From Candidatus Cloacimonadales bacterium (GTDB lineage Bacteria > Cloacimonadota > Cloacimonadia > Cloacimonadales > JAIOQZ01), in NCBI GenBank assembly GCA_963674825.1, contig OY771587.1, positions 2,688,001 through 2,752,000 on the forward strand: a DNA stretch of 64,000 bases, read 5' to 3'. Shown piece after piece: positions 35,734 through 45,730 of this stretch. The notes beneath the pieces are model-generated. The model saw only the letters and a list, made by a program, of their open reading frames with translations. It was not told the DNA's origin and searched no databases. The position numbers and the translations under genes are program-made. Positions within the stretch are counted from its first letter, which is position 1; each line of letters starts with the position of its first letter.

Positions 35734-36636
35734 ATGCACAAACTAATTGTCTTATCACAAGAAGTCTTTGAGGCAGTGCAACATTCCAGGCCAATTCTGG
35801 CGCTGGAATCTACTATAATAGCGCATGGAATGCCTTACCCGCAAAACCTTGAAACAGCACTCAAGCTTGAACAAATCGCACGCGATAACGGCGCAGTTCC
35901 CGCTACAATCTGTATACACGACGGGAAAATTCGCATTGGATGCGATCGTGATTTGCTGGAACACCTGGCATCCAGCGATCAGGTATTAAAAGCAGGAACC
36001 CGTGAAATCCCTGAAGCGCTTGCCTCTGGGACAACAGCAGCAACGACCGTGTCCGGTACGCTCCATTGCGCGAATATGGCTGGTATCAAGGTCTTTGCGA
36101 CAGGTGGGATCGGTGGGGTTCATCGTGGTGCAGGATTGAGTTTCGATGTATCGGCTGATCTAACACAACTATCCAGAACACCCATGATTACCGTCACGGC
36201 CGGCGCTAAAGCGATCCTTGATGTTCCAGCGACGCTCGAATATCTTGAGACGCTTGCAATCCCGGTTTATGGATTCTGTACTGATACGTTTCCGCTTTTC
36301 TACTCGCATTTTTCGCAGTATCCTATCAGGAAACTGGTCTCTATTGATGGGATCACTACGCGTTTTAAAATGATGCAGGAATGCGGAATCACGAGCTCGA
36401 TGCTTGTCTGCAATCCGGTACCGATCGAATCGGAGATACCGTATGAGGAAATGAGTGGCTGGATCGAAAAAGCACTTGAGGAAAACAGCCATCTCCGAGG
36501 ACCCGAGATAACCCCCGCGCTACTCAAGACGATTGTTGAAAAGACGCAGGGACGATCCCTGAAAGCGAATATCGCACTGGTGGAATCGAATGTGAAGCTG
36601 GGTGCGATGATCGCTGTAAATCTATGTAATGAATAA
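35734..36636 (+). CDS. psuG: Pseudouridine-5'-phosphate glycosidase
   Basis: ALESTIIAHGMPYPQN, ATTVSGT, FATGGIGGVHRG, DVSADL, GAKAILD. Confidence 0.93.
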   Translation: MHKLIVLSQEVFEAVQHSRPILALESTIIAHGMPYPQNLETALKLEQIARDNGAVPATICIHDGKIRIGCDRDLLEHLASSDQVLKAGTREIPEALASGTTAATTVSGTLHCANMAGIKVFATGGIGGVHRGAGLSFDVSADLTQLSRTPMITVTAGAKAILDVPATLEYLETLAIPVYGFCTDTFPLFYSHFSQYPIRKLVSIDGITTRFKMMQECGITSSMLVCNPVPIESEIPYEEMSGWIEKALEENSHLRGPEITPALLKTIVEKTQGRSLKANIALVESNVKLGAMIAVNLCNE

Positions 36637-36656
36637 TAAAAGAGCAATAAAGGCCT

Positions 36657-38696
36657 ATGGAATTCGAAATTAACATTGATACCTCGCAGTCGATTGACAA
36701 CCAGATCGAGCAACTTGAGATCATGCTTCGCGACATGAACTCCAGTGGCTCAATGGACGATAACACACTCGTTAAAAAGAAAGTGGATATTCTGAATCAT
36801 CTTTCTACGCTCTACCGCAAGCACGCAGTGGTCAAAGATCTCGATATCTGTCGAATCTCGCTGGAACTTTCGGAAGACTACATCGACCAGGCGCTTGATC
36901 TGTCCCGCAGAGTCAGCTATAAGATGGGGGAGGGCTCAGCGCTCCTTAATCTCGGACAGAGCTGTTTCCTCTCGAACAATTACGAGCAAGCTCTCAACTA
37001 CCTTCAGCAAGCCTATTCCATCTTCAGCCAGGAACAATTGAAGTATGCCATGGGCGAAGCGTTGAATAACATCGGTATTATCTATTGGAACACCGGAAAG
37101 CATAATAAAGCGCTGGAGTATTACCTCAAGAGCCTGAAGGTCAAAGAGGAAATCAATGACAAAGACGGTATTGCGCGTCTTCTGAATAATATCGGACTCG
37201 TATATACCAACCTTTCCAACGAGAGAAAAGCGCTCACATATTACCTCAACGCGCTCCGTCTCAAGGAAGAACTTGGCGACGAGGCAAGCATATCCACCAC
37301 ATGTAACAACATCGGTATCATATACCGCAATATGCAGGAATTCGATAAAGCGCTGGAATATTATCTCCGCTCGCTCGAAATAAAGAAGAAGCTCGGGAAC
37401 GACCGTGGAGCTGCTTTCTCACACAATAATATCGGCCTCCTCTATTGGCGTAAAGGGGATATGCTTGATGCATTGAACCACTATGAAAGCGCACGTGAGA
37501 CGTTCGAGCGGATCGGTGACCGCTGGGGTGTGGCCAATACACTTAACAATATTGGTAACCTCAGCATCCATCTGCAAAACTACGATGTCGCTGCCGAGAA
37601 CCTCAAGAAGTCGCTCCAGATCGCGATTGATATGGAGAAACCCGATCTTGAGAAGTCGATCTACCGTTCGCTGACCGACCTTTACGAACGCAAAGCGAAG
37701 CAGCAGACGACAGCCGAAGGTCGCTCAGAAGCGCTTGATGAATCGCTGAACTACTTCAAGCAATTCAATGAAATCAACGAGAAGATTTTCAATGAGCGTA
37801 CCAGCAGCAAGATCGCGGAAGTTCAGGCTGCATACGAGATGGATAAAAAGGTCCGCGAGGCGGAAATCTATCGTCTGAAAAACATCCAGCTTACCGAGAT
37901 GTACAAACGCATTTCCTCACAGAATGCGGAGATCTCCGAGCAGAAAGAAAAGCTGGAAGTCCTGAACCACGAGCTTCACGAAGCCAACGCGACCAAGGAT
38001 AAGTTCTATTCGATCATTGCGCACGATCTGAAAAACCCGCTCAGTATTCTTCGTCTATCCGGTGAGATGCTGGAGGAAAATTTTGCTAACTTCGAGCGTG
38101 ATAAAATCTTACAGCTCATCAAGAAGATGAATATCGGCGCGAAACGGCTGGCCGACTTGCTCGACGACCTCCTTTCCTGGGCTCGCTTCCAGATGGAAAA
38201 AATCGAGTTCCAGCCTGAGGTGATCGACCTGTATGAAATTGCCAACGACGCCTGTTATCTGCTCAAGCCCAGTGCGGACAAGAAGCGGATCAACCTGATT
38301 TTCGACATTGAGCGACCCTGCAATGTGTTTGCGGATCGCAACATGATTAAAACTACCGTTCGTAACCTGATCTCCAATGCAATCAAGTTCACCGGATTCG
38401 ATGGCGAAGTACGATTGGAGACGCAGGACAAGAATAACCTGATAACCTTCAGTGTCATCGATAACGGTGTAGGAATTCCGCCGGAGAATCGCGACAAGCT
38501 GTTCCGTATCGATTCAACAATTTCTACGCTCGGAACAGCGCAGGAGAAAGGAACGGGCCTTGGTTTGATCCTCTGCAAGGAATTCATCACCAAGAATGGT
38601 GGTTCCATCCGGGTTGAGAGCGATGAAGGCAAGGGAAGCCGGTTCTTCTTCACGTTGCCGCGTTTCGAATCAACAAGCAACGAGAGTTCTGGGTAA
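36657..38696 (+). CDS. TPR-repeat sensor histidine kinase
   Basis: Multiple LNNIG..Y TPR repeats; IAHDLKNPL, NLISNAIKF, DNGVGI, GTGLGL. Confidence 0.92.
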   Translation: MEFEINIDTSQSIDNQIEQLEIMLRDMNSSGSMDDNTLVKKKVDILNHLSTLYRKHAVVKDLDICRISLELSEDYIDQALDLSRRVSYKMGEGSALLNLGQSCFLSNNYEQALNYLQQAYSIFSQEQLKYAMGEALNNIGIIYWNTGKHNKALEYYLKSLKVKEEINDKDGIARLLNNIGLVYTNLSNERKALTYYLNALRLKEELGDEASISTTCNNIGIIYRNMQEFDKALEYYLRSLEIKKKLGNDRGAAFSHNNIGLLYWRKGDMLDALNHYESARETFERIGDRWGVANTLNNIGNLSIHLQNYDVAAENLKKSLQIAIDMEKPDLEKSIYRSLTDLYERKAKQQTTAEGRSEALDESLNYFKQFNEINEKIFNERTSSKIAEVQAAYEMDKKVREAEIYRLKNIQLTEMYKRISSQNAEISEQKEKLEVLNHELHEANATKDKFYSIIAHDLKNPLSILRLSGEMLEENFANFERDKILQLIKKMNIGAKRLADLLDDLLSWARFQMEKIEFQPEVIDLYEIANDACYLLKPSADKKRINLIFDIERPCNVFADRNMIKTTVRNLISNAIKFTGFDGEVRLETQDKNNLITFSVIDNGVGIPPENRDKLFRIDSTISTLGTAQEKGTGLGLILCKEFITKNGGSIRVESDEGKGSRFFFTLPRFESTSNESSG

Positions 38697-38702
38697 TAAG
38701 CT

Positions 38703-40100
38703 ATGAAAAACGATGCGCTTGAAATCGCCAGAGAAGACTTTCAGAAGCGGATCGACGAAGGATTTAACTTACTGCATAATTATCCTGAGAAGGCCGCTGA
38801 TTTAACAGCCAGGCTGCTTCAGAAGGCCATAGCCGAAGGCTGGAGGCTCGAGGAAGCACTGGCGACGCAGCTTACCGGCATTATCAAACGCACGAACGGA
38901 CATCTTAACGAAGCCCTTGAATATTACCGCAAAGCCCTGAAACTCATTCGTATGGAATCGGATGAGAACCGCCAGGCAGTGCTGCTTAACAATATCGGTA
39001 ACATCTATCTCGATTTCGGGCGATACTCCGATGCCTTAAAGCAGTTCAAAGAGTCGGTCAGGCTCAGCGAAAAGTTGGGTAATCAGGAAAACACCGCCGT
39101 AGCCATGAACAACATCGGCATAATCTATTACCGCATGGGCGAGTACGATCAATCGCTGAAGCACCATCAGGAAGCGCTGCGTATCAGCCGGGAAATCAAC
39201 GATCACTCCATGTTTGCCAGCTCGCGCAATTACATCTCCGTTCTCCTGGCGCGGCAGGGTTATCTGGAAGAGGCGATTCAGGCTGGCCTGGATTCACTGC
39301 GGTTGTACACTGAATTGGAGAATCGTAAGGGCATTGCATCGGTAAATGGCAACTTGGGAACCTATTACATCCAGCTCGGGGATTCCCGGAAAGCGCTTGC
39401 GCACCTCGAGGAATCCTATCGAATAGCCCTCGAGATGGACGACCGGAAAAGTATCATCAGCACCGAGAGCAACATCGGCAAGATATACAAGGACCTTGGT
39501 GACAACGAAAAGGCGTACGAATATCTCGAGAAAGCACTCATGGGAGCCCGGGAGTTTGGAATTGTGTATATCCAGCAGAAGATCTTGTTTCTTATGCACA
39601 ACATGCTGAAGGCCGATGGGAACTATGAAAGAGCGCTGGATTGCCACGAAGAGTACCACGAACTAAAGGTCAGTAGCCTGCAAATCGAGCGCAGCCAGCA
39701 GCTTGCGCAGATCCACACGCAGTACGAATTCGAGAAGAAAGAGCGCGAAGCCGAGATCTATCGTCTGCGCAATATCGAACTCGCGGAAACAAACCGAGTC
39801 CTGCAGGAGACCCGTGATGAGCTTGTCGCAGCCGAGCGACAGAACTCCACGCTCGCTATGGCCGTAACCGCCAACCATGAGATCAATCAGCCGTTAATGA
39901 TCATTCGCGGCAGCCTCGACATGCTCGAGCACCACCTTTCCGAACAACTTTCCGACCCCAAGCTTCGAAAATACGTCACCAGCATCCACGACAGTATAAA
40001 GCGTATCCAGGGTATACTCGCCAAGTTTAAAAAGGTGGGACGCCTGCGCTTAGAACCATACAGCGACGGATCGCAGATGATTGTGTTTGAGGACGAATAG
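38703..40100 (+). CDS. TPR-repeat protein with HisKA dimerisation/phosphoacceptor domain only (no HATPase)
   Basis: TPR repeats, TANHEINQPL H-box; ends about 70 aa later without N/G boxes. Confidence 0.85.
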   Translation: MKNDALEIAREDFQKRIDEGFNLLHNYPEKAADLTARLLQKAIAEGWRLEEALATQLTGIIKRTNGHLNEALEYYRKALKLIRMESDENRQAVLLNNIGNIYLDFGRYSDALKQFKESVRLSEKLGNQENTAVAMNNIGIIYYRMGEYDQSLKHHQEALRISREINDHSMFASSRNYISVLLARQGYLEEAIQAGLDSLRLYTELENRKGIASVNGNLGTYYIQLGDSRKALAHLEESYRIALEMDDRKSIISTESNIGKIYKDLGDNEKAYEYLEKALMGAREFGIVYIQQKILFLMHNMLKADGNYERALDCHEEYHELKVSSLQIERSQQLAQIHTQYEFEKKEREAEIYRLRNIELAETNRVLQETRDELVAAERQNSTLAMAVTANHEINQPLMIIRGSLDMLEHHLSEQLSDPKLRKYVTSIHDSIKRIQGILAKFKKVGRLRLEPYSDGSQMIVFEDE

Positions 40101-40296
40101 AAGAAGTTACAAGTTACGAGTCCAGGAACGAGGCGTCCATATCTACAACGCTCTCAGAATCATCTCCGCGATACGTTGATCATCACAGAAATTCAGGTTT
40201 CCAAATCCGATAAACACACCTTCAGAAACGCTTAATAAAAAAAGATTGACGTTCAGCAGCATTGTGTTCTTTCTAAAAAAAACATTGGAGGGATAT

Positions 40297-40749
40297 ATGT
40301 TTGGACTGTCACCTGCCGTAATCTGGCTGATTATTGGCATCATCTTCATCGCGCTGGAGTTCGTGATTCCCGGGCTGGTCATCAGCTTTTTTGGTCTGGG
40401 AGCACTGATCACCGCGCTAACCACAGTCATCGGTCTGACCACGGGCTTCAACTTTCAGGTCATCGTGTTTATCGTGGCGTCGCTGGCGTCGCTGTTCCTC
40501 CTCAGGCGCTACATGAAGAAGGTCTTCATGGGCAAATCGGAGGGTGACGGCGTGAACGAGTTCAACCTCGATATCGGAAAAGTCGTGCCGGTCATTCAAA
40601 CCATCGATCCGAAGAAGAGCACCGGCAGGATAAAGTACCAGGGTACGCTCTGGAACGCATCCGCGGAAGAACTCATCCCCGAGGGTGAATCGGTTCGCAT
40701 CGTCGGGCGCGAGAATATAACCATCAAGGTCGAGAAGATCGAATCGTAA
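40297..40749 (+). CDS. NfeD-family membrane protein
   Basis: WLIIG..ALEFVIPG, GRIKYQGTLWNA OB-fold; precedes the SPFH gene. Confidence 0.88.
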   Translation: MFGLSPAVIWLIIGIIFIALEFVIPGLVISFFGLGALITALTTVIGLTTGFNFQVIVFIVASLASLFLLRRYMKKVFMGKSEGDGVNEFNLDIGKVVPVIQTIDPKKSTGRIKYQGTLWNASAEELIPEGESVRIVGRENITIKVEKIES

Positions 40750-40758
40750 GGAGGAATC

Positions 40759-41670
40759 ATGCCATACGCATTAGCTATTATCGGACTTCTGGTCATCATC
40801 ACCTTTTTCAAGACCATCCGTATCGTACCGAACCAGCACGCCTACATCGTCGAGCGCCTGGGTAAGTATTCAAAGACTCTCGAGGCCGGATTCCACATCC
40901 TGTTTCCCTTCATCGACAAGGTCTCCTACAAGTTCTCGCTCAAGGAAAACGCCATCGATGTGCCACCGCAAATGTGTATTACACGGGATAATATCTCGAT
41001 CGAGATCGACGGCGTCCTCTACGTCAAGATCTACGATCCCGTGAAAGCGGCTTACGGTATCAACGACTACCGCTACGCCATCATCCAGCTCGCGCAGACC
41101 ACAATGCGTTCCGAGATCGGTAAGCTCGACCTCGATGTTACCTTCGAATCGCGCGATGTTATCAACGCGGCCATCGTGCTCGCCATCGACGAAGCCTCCG
41201 ACCCGTGGGGCATCAAAGTGACACGCTACGAGATCAAGAACATTACTCCGCCGCCCACCATCATCGACGCCATGGAAAAACAGATGCGCGCCGAACGCGA
41301 GAAGCGCGAGCAGATATACCTCTCCGAAGGCGACAAGCTCTCCAAGATCAACCGCGCTGAAGGCGACAAGCAGGAAGCCATCAAACGCTCCGAGGGTGAA
41401 CGCCTGAAACGTGAGAACGAAGCCACCGGCGAGGCATTCGCCATCGAAGCCGTTGCAAAAGCCACCGCGATGAGTATCCGCGAGATCTCCAAGGCCATCA
41501 ACGAGCCTGGAGGCCAGCAGGCCGTGCAGCTACGTATCGCCCAGGACTGGATCGAATCCTTTGCCAAACTCGCCAAGGAAAACAACACCCTCATCATCCC
41601 CACCAATGTCACCGACATCGCCTCCGTGACATCCGTGGTCAAAACCGCCTTCGAAAGCGTGAAGAAGTAA
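40759..41670 (+). CDS. SPFH/stomatin-like (paraslipin) protein
   Basis: IVERLGKY, ITRDN, AQTTMRSEIG, WGIKVTRYEIK, QMRAER. Confidence 0.93.
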   Translation: MPYALAIIGLLVIITFFKTIRIVPNQHAYIVERLGKYSKTLEAGFHILFPFIDKVSYKFSLKENAIDVPPQMCITRDNISIEIDGVLYVKIYDPVKAAYGINDYRYAIIQLAQTTMRSEIGKLDLDVTFESRDVINAAIVLAIDEASDPWGIKVTRYEIKNITPPPTIIDAMEKQMRAEREKREQIYLSEGDKLSKINRAEGDKQEAIKRSEGERLKRENEATGEAFAIEAVAKATAMSIREISKAINEPGGQQAVQLRIAQDWIESFAKLAKENNTLIIPTNVTDIASVTSVVKTAFESVKK

Positions 41671-41730
41671 ATCAGTTAATCAGGATAGACTTTGTTCCCC
41701 CTCTGCGTTTGTGGAGGGGGAGGAGAATAT

Positions 41731-42444
41731 ATGGATTTCTTTTTTGACTCAGCCGTAGAACTTTCTGAATTTACTCAGATGCTCAAAGTACCACATCGGG
41801 GAAAGGGGCGGAAAACAATTCATTGTGAGAAAGATAGCGCCTTCAATTTGGTCATTTTGATGGTTTCCAAGAATATTTTTGAACTTCCTATCAGAATCGA
41901 AATGAGGGATAAGCCGGATTGCTTTATTGATACCGGATCAAGAAAAATCGGAGTCGAGATAACTGAACTGGTTGCGAAAAATGAAGCTAAATTCGATGCC
42001 CTTTCTAATTGTGGTGTTATTCAATCAGAAAGCGAATACATTGATCTTGGAGCATTTGATTATCGAGATGAAGAGAAAAATCTTGATGAGCTTAAGGAAA
42101 TTGCCTCAGAGGACCCTTTTAAATCAAATGCTGTTTTTGGCGAGAAATTCGAAGAGGAACTTGAGTACGCGATCAAGGATAGAATACATGAAAAAAAAGA
42201 AAAATTCCATGGTTATACGTTTAGAAAAGAAAACTGGTTACTTCTTTATGATAATCTCTCGAAGCCGGGCACTGATGAGGAGATGGTAATGGAATCATTG
42301 AAAAATGATGGAATCGATATATCACCTTTTTCGTCGCTCATTCTTTTATCAGGATCATATTTGATTAAGTATGATTGTGAAACAAGAAGCTATAAGTATT
42401 TATGGGAAGACTTATTGCATAAATACCAGAGGACCAGAAGGTAA
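41731..42444 (+). CDS. Hypothetical protein, possible PD-(D/E)xK-like nuclease fold
   Basis: Visibly AT-richer than its neighbours; DKPDC...IGVEITE motif; ggag RBS. Confidence 0.5.
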   Translation: MDFFFDSAVELSEFTQMLKVPHRGKGRKTIHCEKDSAFNLVILMVSKNIFELPIRIEMRDKPDCFIDTGSRKIGVEITELVAKNEAKFDALSNCGVIQSESEYIDLGAFDYRDEEKNLDELKEIASEDPFKSNAVFGEKFEEELEYAIKDRIHEKKEKFHGYTFRKENWLLLYDNLSKPGTDEEMVMESLKNDGIDISPFSSLILLSGSYLIKYDCETRSYKYLWEDLLHKYQRTRR

Positions 42445-42469
42445 GAGAATTCTGTATCGCACTTTTTCC

Positions 42470-42522
42470 TATCCATATATCACCCTGCCGTATTTATTTG
42501 CCGGGTAGGCCATTCCACCGAT
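42470..42522 (-). pseudogene. Duplicated 3'-end fragment of the nucleotidyltransferase gene
   Basis: Near-identical to about 42690-42742; encodes IGGMAYPANKYGRVIYG*. Confidence 0.75.
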
Positions 42523-42560
42523 ATTTTCCGGAACGTGATTCATTCATCCACCAGCATGCC

Positions 42561-42638
42561 CCTTCGACTCCGCTCAGGGTGACACGCTGAGGGAGTTAAT
42601 CGCGTTATCTACCGTGTCATCCTGAGCGGAGTCGAAGG
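42561..42638. repeat. REP-like doublet (GTCATCCTGAGCGGAGTCGAAGG family)
   Basis: 26-bp inverted arms ccttcgactccgctcagggtgacacg / cgtgtcatcctgagcggagtcgaagg with one mismatch. Confidence 0.8.
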
Positions 42639-42687
42639 ACAACGGTAGAAAACGAGATAATCATTGAGCATTTAACTTGCGGCCGCT

Positions 42688-43002
42688 TTATCCATAAATC
42701 ACCCTGCAGTATTTATTTGCCGGGTAGGCCATTCCTCCGATCACATCCTTGCTGGCCTCAAACCAGTCTTTCTGCATTACGACGATATCGAACGGAAAAC
42801 CGAGGCCGGATAGCGATTCCTCGATCTTGAGGCTCTCCTGCCTTCGATTGACCTCTTCATTCTCGACAATCAAAAGATCGATATCGCTATCGCGGGTCAT
42901 GGTGCCTGTTGCGGCTGAGCCGAACAGGATTACCTTCTCCGGTTTTACGACATTCAATATCCTGCCTAGTATCTCGGTAATCAAGGCGTCATCGATACCT
43001 AT
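42688..43002 (-). CDS. Minimal nucleotidyltransferase (MNT, antitoxin-like), start codon uncertain
   Basis: ILFGSAATG...DSDIDLLIV motif; the RBS-spaced codon at 43002 is ATA and the next in-frame start is TTG 42984. Confidence 0.75.
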   Translation of the reverse strand: MGIDDALITEILGRILNVVKPEKVILFGSAATGTMTRDSDIDLLIVENEEVNRRQESLKIEESLSGLGFPFDIVVMQKDWFEASKDVIGGMAYPANKYCRVIYG

Positions 43003-43226
43003 AATTCATCCTGTAATCATTGTTTGCTACAACACAAGCGTAGCGAATCTTGCTGGTCAAGAAGAATCTGCATCGAACTTGTAAGAAATCCTTACAGATT
43101 GGAACACGTTCGATATTTCAGTAGTCGAGTATTGCTTCACAACTTGATTATCGGATAAAGGATGCTCGCCCGGAGGCCGAGAGCTACGAAGCGACGCAGG
43201 GTGGATCATGCATTACGTATCGTGCA

Positions 43227-43326
43227 TCGATACATCCCGGCAAACCGGCCACTCAGCATGACACGCTTATTGATGCGGAACATACTCCTGTGTCATCCTG
43301 AGTAGCGAGGAACGAGCGTATCGAGG
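43227..43326. repeat. Second REP-like doublet of the same family
   Basis: tcgatac...actcagcatgacac paired with gtgtcatcctgagt...gtatcga. Confidence 0.6.
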
Positions 43327-43356
43327 GAGAATGCAGGCAATGGCATACTCAGGCGG

Positions 43357-43386
43357 AAAAGAAAAACGCCGGACGAATCCGGCGTT
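43357..43386 (-). terminator. Intrinsic terminator of the SBP gene
   Basis: aacgccgga-cgaa-tccggcgtt hairpin with a minus-strand T tract. Confidence 0.7.
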
Positions 43387-43408
43387 GAAAGCGTGATGCG
43401 AGAATCGG

Positions 43409-44179
43409 TTATTCTTTGACCAGCGCGGCGATACCACCCTTGTAATACGGCTTGGAGAAGAGCACCTTCTCCTGGCGTTCGGGGGAGATGGTGATGCAGG
43501 CCGCGATCATATCGACCTTACCCTCTTCCAGCGCGGGGATCATCTCGCCAAACTCCATGTTGACGATTTCCAGCTTCTTATTCAGCTTCTGCGCGATCAG
43601 CTTCGCGAGCTCGATGTCGATACCAACAATCTGCTGGTTTCCATCTACAAACGAGAAGGGTTCGGTCACGGCGGCGGTTCCGAGGCGCAGTACGTCATCC
43701 GATTCAACTTCCGGCATTTCCGGCATGGGAGCGGGTGCGCCTTCTTCGGGCAGCCAGCGCGCGATCATCTCGGTATAGTAACCGTTGCTGTTGATCTCGT
43801 CGAGGACGGCGTTGATCTGGTCCGCAAGCTCAGTGTTTTCCTTCTGCACGGCGATTCCATAGTGGTCCACGGTGATCATGTCGGCAAGGACCTTGAGTCC
43901 GGGCGTCTTGGCGGCGATGTTCTTGAGGATGGGTTCGTCGTAAGCGGCAGCGTCGGCTTCACCGTTCATAACGGCTTCACAGCATGCAGCGACGTCGTTG
44001 AAGTACTTGAATTGAGCAGTGGCATACTTGGATCTGACCAACTCATCCGCGATGGTTCCCTGCGGTACGGCAAAAACTTTGTCTGCAAGCTGGGCTGTTT
44101 TTTCGATTTTCACTTGTATCTGGCAACCTGCGATCAGCGCGATCGCCAGTACGATTAAGATGATTGATTGCAATTTCAT
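43409..44179 (-). CDS. Polar amino-acid ABC substrate-binding lipoprotein (family 3, circularly permuted)
   Basis: Lipobox IAGC; YGIAV...RW block precedes the LRLGT..EPFSF...GIDIEL...ITISPER..FSKPYY block. Confidence 0.85.
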   Translation of the reverse strand: MKLQSIILIVLAIALIAGCQIQVKIEKTAQLADKVFAVPQGTIADELVRSKYATAQFKYFNDVAACCEAVMNGEADAAAYDEPILKNIAAKTPGLKVLADMITVDHYGIAVQKENTELADQINAVLDEINSNGYYTEMIARWLPEEGAPAPMPEMPEVESDDVLRLGTAAVTEPFSFVDGNQQIVGIDIELAKLIAQKLNKKLEIVNMEFGEMIPALEEGKVDMIAACITISPERQEKVLFSKPYYKGGIAALVKE

Positions 44180-44559
44180 GACATTCCCCTCGTATTTTTT
44201 GCAGCAAGGAAGAGTGCATGCGTTGGGTTGTCAATGAAAAAGCGCACCGCCGGTTTGCATTACCAAGGAGAAAGAATAATGGCTATAATGTTTAACGATA
44301 CTAATGTAAGTGTTTACTAGTATGTTAAAGCCTATCCTGTTCGTATTCCTCCAAGCCAATCAATTCTGCGATAATTCTATATTCTCCCAAAAAACCTTGA
44401 CACACTGGCGAAATCCCCATCGATTAACAGTAATTTCTTAAGGAAACGAAAGGGGGATGTTTTTCTGAAGATGAATCATCCTGAAATAAGCAAGGCATTG
44501 CATATCAATTCTTACAACACACGTGAAACACGCATATACTATGTTGGAAAGGACGTTTT

Positions 44560-45729
44560 ATGAACATTCATGAGTATCAGGCGAAAAAGATTTTCGCGAA
44601 GTACGGTGTTCCCCTCAGCAAGGGGAAGGTCGCGTTCACAGTCGAAGAAGCGGTTGAAGCCGCGAAGGAAATCGGCGGTGAGAAATGGGTAGTCAAGGCG
44701 CAGATTCACGCCGGTGGCCGCGGAAAAGGTGGCGGTGTGAAGCTCGCGAAGACATTGGATGAGGTAAGGCAGCACGCGGACGCGATTTTGGGCATGACAC
44801 TTGTTACGCATCAGACGGGACCGCAAGGCAAGCTGGTCAAGAAGCTCTATATCGAGGCAGCCGCGGATATCGCGAAGGAATATTATCTCGGTGTAGTGCT
44901 CGATCGTGCGCGCGAAATGCCGGTCTTCATCGCGTCCACCGAGGGTGGTATGGAGATCGAGAAGGTTGCAGCAGAAAGCCCCGAGAAGATCATCAAGGTC
45001 GGTGTCGATCCGCTGAGCGGATTCCAAGCCTTCCATGCACGTGAACTGGCTTTCGGGCTGAATCTGTCTCCTGCACAGATGAAGGAATTCGGTAAGTTCG
45101 TGCAGGCGCTCTATAAGGTCTATATCGAGAACGACGCCAGCCTCATCGAGATCAATCCGCTGGTTCTGACCGGCGACGACCGTTTTATCGCGCTCGACGC
45201 CAAGATGAATTTTGACGACAACGCGCTCTATCGCCATCCGGCAATCATGGAGATGCGCGATCTGGACGAAGAAGAACCCACCGAGACAGAGGCTGGTAAC
45301 TTTGGGCTGAGTTATATCAAGCTCGATGGCAATGTCGGTTGTATGGTCAACGGCGCGGGTCTGGCGATGTCCACGATGGATATCATCAAGCTTTCCGGCG
45401 GTGAACCGGCGAACTTTCTGGACGTAGGTGGTGCTGCCAGCGCTGAGACGGTTGCCAAGGGATTCGAGATCATTCTGCGAGATCCCAACGTGAAGGCGAT
45501 CTTCGTGAACATCTTTGGCGGTATCGTGCGATGCGATCGTATCGCGAACGGCATCCTTGAAGCGACTCAGGTCACCAACGTATCGGTGCCGGTCATTGTG
45601 CGTCTGGACGGAACCAACGCGAAAGAAGCCTCGGAGATTCTCCGGCAATCGAACATCGAGAATATCATCACCGCGAGCGACCTCGCAGACGGCGCACAGA
45701 AAGCGGTTCAGGCAGCGAAAGGAGCATAA
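44560..45729 (+). CDS. sucC: Succinate--CoA ligase beta subunit
   Basis: [41 protein letters not shown]. Confidence 0.97.
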   Translation: MNIHEYQAKKIFAKYGVPLSKGKVAFTVEEAVEAAKEIGGEKWVVKAQIHAGGRGKGGGVKLAKTLDEVRQHADAILGMTLVTHQTGPQGKLVKKLYIEAAADIAKEYYLGVVLDRAREMPVFIASTEGGMEIEKVAAESPEKIIKVGVDPLSGFQAFHARELAFGLNLSPAQMKEFGKFVQALYKVYIENDASLIEINPLVLTGDDRFIALDAKMNFDDNALYRHPAIMEMRDLDEEEPTETEAGNFGLSYIKLDGNVGCMVNGAGLAMSTMDIIKLSGGEPANFLDVGGAASAETVAKGFEIILRDPNVKAIFVNIFGGIVRCDRIANGILEATQVTNVSVPVIVRLDGTNAKEASEILRQSNIENIITASDLADGAQKAVQAAKGA

Positions 45730-45730
45730 C

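Noticed and set aside
44291..44330. dif-like site (gtatgttaaag resembles the XerD arm)
   Set aside because: No XerC-like arm at the 6-bp spacing; better explained as an imperfect AT-rich inverted repeat in a divergent promoter region.
44324..44337. Similarity of gttaaagcctatcc to the reverse complement of 58280-58294
   Set aside because: Only about 14 nt with an indel and two occurrences; cannot be told from chance without a genome-wide count.
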